DNA of 26,410 nucleotides from an uncultured archaeon (GCA_964426185.1 CAYRPF010000041.1:1-26410), one strand, 5' to 3'; numbered from the stretch's first letter, positions 1 through 7,498 are shown. Made by a program: numbers and translations. Notes: a model not told the origin generated them from the letters alone.

Positions 1-1425
1 TTCATTTCACATGGACATGCAGATCATTGTTCTTTTATGGGATCATTACCAGAAGTTTATGTTTCAAGCAGAGAAAATCTCCAAAAACCATACCATGAAA
101 CCAATCAATCTGAGAAAATACGATATTATCCGTTTCCAATTTTAACCACCTCCCGAAACTTTCAGATTTTGGAAACTCGATTCAATTGCCAATTTATTTC
201 ACTATTTGATTGGTATGATGCACTTTTTTCCGATCAAGAAAAGAGAAAAAATGGAAATAATATATTTGCACATAATTCATGGTCCCAATCAGAAATCCAT
301 ATAGCGTTGAGATATTTAAATAAATCAAGAAAATATTATTGTAAATTTTTCATGGGTGAAATTAAATCAAATAAAATATATATATCAAATAATTCAAATA
401 ACATTTCAATATTTTTTCCAGATGAGCAAAATTTTGAATCATGGTTAATTGGACAGCGCTATTTTTATCCGATTTTCATTGATGATTATGTTATATGGCT
501 TATCCCCTCTGGACATGTTATTGGGGCATGCTCACTCTGCATTTCCAAAAAATCAACAATTTTGGTGGAAGCTGAAAGATGTTCTGAAAATTTCGTTATT
601 ATGGATAATTTAGATAAAAATAATCAACTAAGTAAGTGTGATTTTGTTTATTATGGTGAATACTATCCTATTTTTCGTGGCCATTGTTTAATTCCACCAC
701 CAATTCAATCAAAACATATAGTTTTAGATATGTTGTATGGAGACCCAAGAAAAATATTCCCAAGTTTTACAGAAGAATTAACAAGGTTAAAAACTTGGAT
801 AATTAACAATATCAAAGAACGAAATCTCGTATTTTTTTGCCACCAGTTGGGAAAACCCCAGTTGATTTTGGAAATTCTTTGCGATGTCTTGGCTAATAAA
901 ATTTTAAATCTTCAAAAAGCAATAACCCAAGAGCAAGAAGAAGTCCAGGAAAAAAGTTTAGAAATACCCACTATCCCGTTAATTCTTCCAAATGAATATT
1001 TCAAACTCTTTGAAAGCATACTTCCAAGTTCCATTATGAAATACCTAAAAAAAAATAAAATTTTATTAAACAAGAGTTCCGCAGCCCAGTTAAAGATTAA
1101 AGATCAATCAAAGTTTATTTTATTGGAAAAACCTCGACAGAGAAATTCAAGTACATTTATCAATTTTTACCATAAATATCATCCTTTAATTGCTGAAATA
1201 TCAGGATGGTGTGGAGATCTGAAATTTCGTGAAGAACATCTTGCAGATGAGTATTTTGAAATTACAGACCATTTTCCTATTAGAGAAGCCACTTTTTGGC
1301 TAAAAAAAAGCCAATTTACGAATATTTGGATAACAAATAATTCTTCAAATTTACCAATTAAATATCTAATGGAAAATCTCGATAATTGCCATAAAAGTCA
1401 CCTTATTGAAGATTTTACGATCTAA
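1..1425 (+). CDS. MBL-fold metallo-hydrolase / beta-CASP-type nuclease, 5'-partial (starts before the window)
   Basis: Frame is open from base 1: nt 1-36 read FISHGHADHCSF (HxHxDH motif), upstream of the ATG at 37 used by the ORF track. Downstream motifs PSGHVIGA, LGKPQ, ISGW and ITDHF match the SNM1/Artemis-like, ligase-associated exonuclease group. Confidence 0.8.
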   Translation, partial: FISHGHADHCSFMGSLPEVYVSSRENLQKPYHETNQSEKIRYYPFPILTTSRNFQILETRFNCQFISLFDWYDALFSDQEKRKNGNNIFAHNSWSQSEIHIALRYLNKSRKYYCKFFMGEIKSNKIYISNNSNNISIFFPDEQNFESWLIGQRYFYPIFIDDYVIWLIPSGHVIGACSLCISKKSTILVEAERCSENFVIMDNLDKNNQLSKCDFVYYGEYYPIFRGHCLIPPPIQSKHIVLDMLYGDPRKIFPSFTEELTRLKTWIINNIKERNLVFFCHQLGKPQLILEILCDVLANKILNLQKAITQEQEEVQEKSLEIPTIPLILPNEYFKLFESILPSSIMKYLKKNKILLNKSSAAQLKIKDQSKFILLEKPRQRNSSTFINFYHKYHPLIAEISGWCGDLKFREEHLADEYFEITDHFPIREATFWLKKSQFTNIWITNNSSNLPIKYLMENLDNCHKSHLIEDFTI

Positions 1426-1538
1426 TTTTTTTATTGATATTGAAAACTCTCGGATATTTTGCACAGCGATAAAGATCCACAATTCAAAAAATCAAGATCT
1501 AATGATCACTCTAAATTTATGCTTTTTGGCAGTTTTTA

Positions 1539-2414
1539 TTATTGTTTCCTTTCTCTATACCGTTTAAAATGACCAAAACCCGCTGTTCTTCCGTTTCCTG
1601 TATTCATATCCTCTCCAAAACGGGTTAGAATATCCAACCATTTTCCCATCGGATTCTCTACATCTTCGTTAAGGTATTTAATCCAACCCATGGCGCCGGC
1701 GAATTTAACATTCTTTCCCATGCTCCAGGCATGAGTTTTCATTTGATAGGATGACACGGAAACATTCTTTGAAACCCATTCAAAGAATTCAGTAGGAACG
1801 GCCATTTCAGTGCCGGCAAAGACACTATCCCATAATTTAGCCAGATTTGGAAAGAAATATTCAGGTAACGGGAACCGCATTGTGGAATTCCTCCCCCTTA
1901 TGCTGAAGGCGGTGGGTGAGAGAAATTTAACGGATAAACTCGGTATAATCGTAGCTGATTGAACCAGATCCTTAAGACTTTTCTGCTTAATCTCGACTTG
2001 AGTAATAACTGCTTTTTGCATGGCATATTGAATGGTTGATTCTTTCTGCTGCAGGATAAAGTCTAAAAGGGTGCGCGAAATGTTATCGTTCAGTGAAGAA
2101 ATTATATATGTGATTTTTTCCACCTTAGAATTCCTTGAACCAGTAGAATTGGTAGAGCTGCGGAAACGGTTATTTCCGGACCTACGATTCAACTGCTGGG
2201 GATAATGAAGCTTTTGTTGAAGTGCATAGTCCAGAACAAACAAAGGAGAATCTTTCGGTTGTTTTTGATGAAGTAAATTGCCAATGGTGGCATTATATTG
2301 TTTCAACCAATCCATGAAGATGCCTCGGAAAATATATGCGTAAGGTTTTAAGAAAAACGGACCGGTTGACTCGTGTGGGTAGAGGGTAAAAATAAACTGA
2401 GTTAGCTGTGTCAT
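1539..2414 (-). CDS. cas6: CRISPR-associated endoribonuclease Cas6 (type I-A/I-B/III-like, not Cas6e/Cas6f)
   Basis: C-terminal Gly-rich loop TGNGRTAGFGHF, the motifs FLSPTAF, RFPLPEYFF..LAKLW and FAGAMGWIKY, and an N-terminal AYIFRGIF helix. 291 aa. Confidence 0.9.
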   Translation of the reverse strand: MTQLTQFIFTLYPHESTGPFFLKPYAYIFRGIFMDWLKQYNATIGNLLHQKQPKDSPLFVLDYALQQKLHYPQQLNRRSGNNRFRSSTNSTGSRNSKVEKITYIISSLNDNISRTLLDFILQQKESTIQYAMQKAVITQVEIKQKSLKDLVQSATIIPSLSVKFLSPTAFSIRGRNSTMRFPLPEYFFPNLAKLWDSVFAGTEMAVPTEFFEWVSKNVSVSSYQMKTHAWSMGKNVKFAGAMGWIKYLNEDVENPMGKWLDILTRFGEDMNTGNGRTAGFGHFKRYRERKQ

Positions 2415-2505
2415 TTAAGTGTCATTATTTGTAATTCGAAGGTGTTTAATAATTTATAGATCTATACATATAAATCGCATATTCGCAAATAATTCACAAC
2501 AATCA

Positions 2506-2738
2506 TGCAATTTTTTAACAATAGCCATATTATGATGCAATTATTAATCGAAATTTCTTTTACGAAAAGAGAGAGAATTGAACTTCTGAAAAAGGAAAAA
2601 TTTAGGGTTGCTGAAATTAAAATCAAGCCAATTGAGACGATTAGTGATTAAATTAATGGATTTTGGGGCTTTGAACTCTCTAATTTGATGATTTATTATT
2701 TAATATATTCCATAGCTTTTCTTCGAAGCCTTGTTCAA
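2506..2738. repeat. 233-bp direct repeat, copy 1
   Basis: Identical to 3372-3604 except for one base (C2729 vs T3595); offset 866 bp. Confidence 0.97.
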
Positions 2739-2747
2739 GTTCACAAA

Positions 2748-2834
2748 ATTATTTTCGCACATGTGGGGGTGTACCAGAACGCTGACCATTCAGCCAGTGT
2801 CTCAATGTATTCTCCCCACGCATAGGGGTGTACC
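2748..2834 (+). CRISPR. Degenerate CRISPR mini-array: 2 repeats and one 33-bp spacer (2776-2808)
   Basis: R1 2748-2775 ATTATTTTCGCACATGTGGGGGTGTACC; R2 2809-2834 ATTCTCCCCACGCATAGGGGTGTACC. The inferred consensus ATTCTCCCCACGCATGTGGGGGTGTACC forms a CCCCAC/GTGGGG hairpin. The 61-nt start-to-start period is typical of type I-E-like repeats. Lies about 330 bp from the cas6 start. Confidence 0.75.
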
Positions 2835-3086
2835 AAGTTACCTTTGCTTATGCTAGAAGTATGGATCTGGAAGAATCGATTTTAAATTTAGATATGCAAG
2901 GTAGTTTTTCATAAAAAATACACGTATTGACTTAATAAATATAAAAATTGAGAAAAAGGAAAGAAATCACGTAAAATTTAATAGATAGTTTGAATTAAGT
3001 AAGATAAGGAAATTTTTCTAATTTTAAATAATCATCAAACAGTCGTTTTTCGGCGTTTGACACTAATTATTTATGAGTTGAATTAT

Positions 3087-3233
3087 ATGACACAAGAACA
3101 ATGGATTATAGAAGAACATCAACGTCGTGATCAAGAACTCCTTGATCAACAATATGAAAATGCAATTATGCGAAAAGTCGTAAATCAATCATTATTAATT
3201 TCTAAAAAAAACGCTAGAGCATATAGTGGGTAA
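3087..3233 (+). CDS. Putative 48-aa small protein (MTQEQWIIEEHQRRDQELLDQQYENAIMRKVVNQSLLISKKNARAYSG)
   Basis: ATG..TAA ORF below the track cut-off. TATA-like TTTTAAATA at 3022-3030, inverted repeat at 3035-3060, T-rich tract directly after the stop. Confidence 0.5.
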   Translation: MTQEQWIIEEHQRRDQELLDQQYENAIMRKVVNQSLLISKKNARAYSG

Positions 3234-3325
3234 TTCTTTTTTTCTCAAAATTAACTAAATTTTAACATGGTAGATTAAATGTGCTATAGAGAAAGATTTC
3301 GATCATTTATCTTCCTGTTAAAATC

Positions 3326-3344
3326 CAAGTTCACAAAATTATTT
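3326..3344. repeat. 19-bp direct repeat CAAGTTCACAAAATTATTT (other copy 2736-2754)
   Basis: Exact match. The first copy runs into CRISPR repeat 1. Confidence 0.9.
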
Positions 3345-3371
3345 CCCTCAAAAAGAAGAGGTATATTTTTT

Positions 3372-3604
3372 TGCAATTTTTTAACAATAGCCATATTATG
3401 ATGCAATTATTAATCGAAATTTCTTTTACGAAAAGAGAGAGAATTGAACTTCTGAAAAAGGAAAAATTTAGGGTTGCTGAAATTAAAATCAAGCCAATTG
3501 AGACGATTAGTGATTAAATTAATGGATTTTGGGGCTTTGAACTCTCTAATTTGATGATTTATTATTTAATATATTCCATAGCTTTTCTTCGAAGTCTTGT
3601 TCAA
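3372..3604. repeat. 233-bp direct repeat, copy 2 (includes the last ~19 codons of the SMC-NYN gene)
   Basis: Matches 2506-2738 at 232/233 positions. Confidence 0.97.
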
Positions 3605-6551
3605 AATAAACTTGATCTTGTAAAATATTATATCTGATGGAGTGATTTTCAATGAATTCTTTCAAATTAGGGTATTTTTTCCGGTATTCATTATAATAAT
3701 CATTTGTTATTATATAACCGTTATTTCTTTTAGCAAAACTTATGATAAACCAATCATCATCTTGACCTTTTGGTGCTTGATTCACATTTGATTGCTTTAG
3801 TAATGTATTAAATGTTCCGACTTCGATTTCTGCTATATTATGCCGAATTCCTGCACCAAAAAGGATTAATATCTTTTCTTCTGGAATACCGAGTTCAATT
3901 AATCTATTTTTACATTTTATTACATCTGAAATTCTCGCAAATTTTGAATTAGTGTTATTTCTAGCAATATTTGATCCATCAAGTATGAAAGAATAATCTA
4001 ATTTTGGAGCAATTTTTGAAACGCTTAAATCTTTTCTTTCCCTTGATATTAGGTTTGTGGCATTTAATGCCAAGGTTAATGTTTTTTCATATGGGAAATG
4101 AATTTCCTGATAATATCCTAATTCTTTTACTTGTTTGTAAAAATCTGAAACGTCTAGAAATTTTTTTTGCAGGAATGCTAGTCTTTCTGAATTTCCAATT
4201 TTCTCTTCTGATCTAATGGAATTATTGAAAGCAGAGTGAATAGCAGCGATATCTTCTTTTATCGGAAGGATATTAATAAATTTTGCAATATCACCATCTT
4301 CAATCTTCTCTCGCTGAAATTTGTACAAATCCATACTGTGTTCATGATCCAATAACGCATATGATTCATCTAAAATAACAACGTTATATTTTGCAACATT
4401 AGAAGCGATTGAAATAATAGCTCGGCAATATGCGTATGTTTTTTCACCACTCGAGAAATCATTTAAATCTCTTTTTTCTTCAAATTCTTCTTTGGTTTCA
4501 AAGATGATGGTTTTTTCTGTTATATCAAATCGTTTGATTTTTCTATATTCCTTAAATACGTAATCAAAAAACTCCTTTTTACTATAGATATTCCGAAATA
4601 TTTGATCAAATTGTGAAGTAATTAATTCTTTATTCTTCAAATTCTTTGGTTTCGTTCCTTTTATTATTCGAGAAATATCTTCTTGAAGATCTTTCAATTT
4701 TTTGTATAACTTTTGAGTGTTTTTCTTATAATTTGAAAATTTATCTTTGATTTTAGAAACAAATGTAAGAAAATCTCCACAATTTTTAAATTTAAATTGT
4801 CGTGCTGATTTCTCTACTTCTTTATTTAAAATCTCAATTTCTTTTTTGATGCTTTCAATTTTTTCCTTAACATTTTCCAACTTCTTTTTATGTAGTATTA
4901 ATTTTTCATATTCTTTATTGTGTTCCTTTTCGATTTTATTTAAGATAATTTCGCATTCATCAACAGTTGAAATCTCTGATTTAATTTCCATTTTTCGAAG
5001 ATCACTTTTTATAGCAATTTCTGTAGGACTTTCATCAATTTTTTGCTTGATTTCTTCTAGATTTTGAAGTTTACTAATAATATCTAATTGCTCTTCTTTC
5101 TGATTTTTGATAAGTTCTTCAATTTGTTTCTCTTTAGTTTGAAATTTTTTATAACTTTCTTCTAAATCCAAAAATTCGTCAATACTTCTGTGAAAACCTT
5201 TTTGTTTCTTTTCAATTGAGCTAATTTTTTCTGATATTTCAGCATAATTGGATAATTTTTCTAATATATCTTTTTTATATCGAATAGAATTATTCAATTT
5301 CTTTACTTTGTCTTGATAATCCTTCAATGCAGGTTTTTCTTTGAAAATCAAACTTGATGAATTTAAAGTGTTATAAAGATCACTAAAAGAGAGTTTAATC
5401 TCAGTTTTTGGATAAGATGTATGAATAAATGATAAAATTTTTTCATCTTTCCACTTATTAGAACAAGCTTGACTACAAATATCCCTTAGTCTTGTGATGT
5501 ATGAATTAATTTTTAAAATTCGATTATTCTCGTTATTTAATTGTTCAATTTTTCTTTTTATTTCCATTATTTCTTCTTGCAGATCTTTTATATTGTTAGA
5601 AATTTCATTTTGCGTTTGTGTAATTGAATCTAAAGAAATATTATATTGCGTTTTAAGAATTTCAATTATATTTTCTTGTTTACTTTGCAACTTTTGAAGT
5701 TTGGTTAATATAATTTTTTCATCTTTGTTTAGATTCTTATCAAAATCTTTTATTTTAGTTTGGATCTCTTGTAGATTAAGGTAATTCTTATTTATTTGTT
5801 CTTGAATTGTTTTTGATTGCTCTTTTTTTAAAATTAACTGATTTTCTATATCTTCAGGATTATTTTGCAAAATAAATTTAAGTTTTTTAAGCATTTCCAA
5901 TTGATTTTCATGAAATTTTATCTTGCTTGTTCGTCTTTTTATACTATTTAATAAATCATCATGATTATCCAGAAGTTCATTATAAGTTTGTTGTAATTTT
6001 AAATAATTTTCCAAATCTGCTTGTCTTGAGGTATTTTTAAACCAATTTTCAAAATTTTCTAGAAATTCCATCTTTTTTTCTAGTTTCTGGAGTTTCTCTT
6101 CAATTTTACTTTTAAAAATATCTTGAAAAAAAGTAATTTGTTGATGTAAACTTTCATTTCCCCTTATTGTTCTTACATAGATTACCTTTCGGAATTTTTG
6201 ATAAGATATCTCTGAACCGTTTTCATAAAATTTACCTAAAGTCATAGGATTTACTCGATTAAAATTTTTATCGTATTTCCACAAATAGGGTTGCAAATGG
6301 ACCTTATAAGTTTCAGACTTTTCGGTGAGAAATTGAATAGTGCAATCCTTGATGATTTGAGAGTATTTTGAAAATTCACCTTCATTTTTAAAAGTATATT
6401 CTCCTGCTGCAATTTCCATCAATGTGGATGCCATTGATTTCCCTACACCATTTTTTCCATGAATTGTGATTATATTTTCAGGTAAAATCTTGGGGATTGT
6501 TGATCTTCCCGTTGTTTTAATTTCAATCCCGATCATTTCGGTCATCTTCAT
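3546..6551 (-). CDS. Rad50/SMC-like coiled-coil ABC ATPase fused to a C-terminal Zc3h12a/Regnase-type NYN (PIN-fold) ribonuclease
   Basis: Walker A GKNGVGKS (aa 32-39), ~480-aa coiled-coil region with central CSQAC (359-363), signature FSSGEK (699-704), Walker B/D-loop VVILDESYALLD (724-735). NYN motifs FILDGSNIA (855-863) and DDDWFIISFA...GYIITNDYYNEY (931-956). Confidence 0.88.
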   Translation of the reverse strand: MKMTEMIGIEIKTTGRSTIPKILPENIITIHGKNGVGKSMASTLMEIAAGEYTFKNEGEFSKYSQIIKDCTIQFLTEKSETYKVHLQPYLWKYDKNFNRVNPMTLGKFYENGSEISYQKFRKVIYVRTIRGNESLHQQITFFQDIFKSKIEEKLQKLEKKMEFLENFENWFKNTSRQADLENYLKLQQTYNELLDNHDDLLNSIKRRTSKIKFHENQLEMLKKLKFILQNNPEDIENQLILKKEQSKTIQEQINKNYLNLQEIQTKIKDFDKNLNKDEKIILTKLQKLQSKQENIIEILKTQYNISLDSITQTQNEISNNIKDLQEEIMEIKRKIEQLNNENNRILKINSYITRLRDICSQACSNKWKDEKILSFIHTSYPKTEIKLSFSDLYNTLNSSSLIFKEKPALKDYQDKVKKLNNSIRYKKDILEKLSNYAEISEKISSIEKKQKGFHRSIDEFLDLEESYKKFQTKEKQIEELIKNQKEEQLDIISKLQNLEEIKQKIDESPTEIAIKSDLRKMEIKSEISTVDECEIILNKIEKEHNKEYEKLILHKKKLENVKEKIESIKKEIEILNKEVEKSARQFKFKNCGDFLTFVSKIKDKFSNYKKNTQKLYKKLKDLQEDISRIIKGTKPKNLKNKELITSQFDQIFRNIYSKKEFFDYVFKEYRKIKRFDITEKTIIFETKEEFEEKRDLNDFSSGEKTYAYCRAIISIASNVAKYNVVILDESYALLDHEHSMDLYKFQREKIEDGDIAKFINILPIKEDIAAIHSAFNNSIRSEEKIGNSERLAFLQKKFLDVSDFYKQVKELGYYQEIHFPYEKTLTLALNATNLISRERKDLSVSKIAPKLDYSFILDGSNIARNNTNSKFARISDVIKCKNRLIELGIPEEKILILFGAGIRHNIAEIEVGTFNTLLKQSNVNQAPKGQDDDWFIISFAKRNNGYIITNDYYNEYRKKYPNLKEFIENHSIRYNILQDQVYFEQDFEEKLWNILNNKSSN

Positions 6552-6849
6552 TCCTCCAACTTATTCAAATACTCAAGAAAATCATCATAGGAAACTCTCG
6601 AAAAGTTATTAAATTCGATTATAGAATCAATGAATTCTTGGAAAATGCTATTTAATTCAAAGATTTGCATTGCTTTTTGAATGAATTCATCTGTAATTTC
6701 TTCATAATCCAAAATAAACACCTCTGTTTGTCTTGTTTCTTGTATTTATTTTGATATTCATACAAAAGAATATTGATTTTATTCCTATTAATACATATAC
6801 TTTCGATGATCCATTGAAATTTAGATTGATTTGTCTGAGATATATTCAT
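6548..6849 (-). pseudogene. ~100-aa middle protein of the operon, split by a single -1 frameshift (real or sequencing error)
   Basis: The 65-aa ORF 6652..6849 continues in the adjacent frame (IQETRQTEVFILDYEEITDEFIQKAMQIFELNSIFQEFIDSIIEFNNFSRVSYDDFLEYLNKLEE*). It ends at a TGA (6550-6548) that overlaps the SMC ATG (ATGA). Restoring one A near 6745-6747 gives a 303-nt ORF. Confidence 0.75.
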
Positions 6850-7450
6850 CAGCTTTCAATGGTATTAGTTTATCTGCTTCAATAATACCAAGCTTTCTTG
6901 CTTCAAGATTTATCTTCCACAGTTCAGAATGGACTAAGGTGTTTTCTCTCGCATCTGTTTCATTGAACATTCCTGGTAAACGTAGATTTCCTATGTTGAT
7001 GCTATCTATTACTCCATAAACAAAATTCGACGAGATTATTGCTCGTTTCTTTCCAAATTTGACAACTTTAAATTTAATTTGTGGTTTGAATTGATGACAT
7101 TTATATTTAAAATGAAAGACATGATTTCCTTCAATATACATTGGCATCCCACAATACATGCACCTTTTTAAGTAACCCTGAGTGCGAAGATATCGATTTT
7201 CTTCTAATAAATAATATTTAAATTTCGTATAACCATATCGTAAGGGATATCCAGTACTACATTGGAATTTTACAATATCTTGATTTTCTTTTTCTATTTG
7301 AATCAAATAACTACTTATTCTTTTAATTGAAAATTCCTCTAGAAAAATATTTCCTCTTTCTAAAAAGAAATCAGATTGAATATAATCAAATATTTCATAA
7401 GATGAACAAGGTGAGAATTCTTGCAAAATTGAGAGTATTAACTCTTTCAT
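6821..7450 (-). CDS. Hypothetical protein with predicted N-terminal winged-helix and a Cys/His Zn-finger
   Basis: MKELILSILQEFSPCSSYEIFDYI...SIKRISSYLIQIEKE pattern (wHTH-like) and CMYCG...HFKYKC. First gene of the operon; overlaps the next gene by 29 bp. Confidence 0.65.
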   Translation of the reverse strand: MKELILSILQEFSPCSSYEIFDYIQSDFFLERGNIFLEEFSIKRISSYLIQIEKENQDIVKFQCSTGYPLRYGYTKFKYYLLEENRYLRTQGYLKRCMYCGMPMYIEGNHVFHFKYKCHQFKPQIKFKVVKFGKKRAIISSNFVYGVIDSINIGNLRLPGMFNETDARENTLVHSELWKINLEARKLGIIEADKLIPLKADEYISDKSI

Positions 7451-7483
7451 CTTTTATCCCCTAATTACCTTTTAATCAATGAA

Positions 7484-7498
7484 TATATAAATTATTTC
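7484..7498 (-). promoter_or_regulatory. Putative archaeal BRE/TATA promoter of the SMC-NYN operon
   Basis: Minus strand reads GAAATAA-TTTATATA 34-48 nt upstream of the ATG at 7450. AGGGGAT RBS-like motif at 7456-7462. Confidence 0.5.

Noticed and set aside
2631-2638. ATTGAGAC inside the 233-bp repeat is complementary to the spacer 3' end
   Set aside because: Only 8 contiguous nt; not significant.
2505-2651. 48-codon plus-strand ORF in the duplicated segment (MQFFNNSHIMMQ...IETISD; TTG-started copy at 3371-3517)
   Set aside because: No motif and no clear RBS. It may be a gene remnant but cannot be supported as a CDS.
5463-5477. CSQAC as a canonical Rad50 zinc hook, and the gene as housekeeping rad50/smc
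   Set aside because: Spacing is CxxxC rather than CxxC, there is no adjacent mre11 or SMC hinge, and the NYN fusion is not a Rad50 feature. It remains only a possible hook variant.
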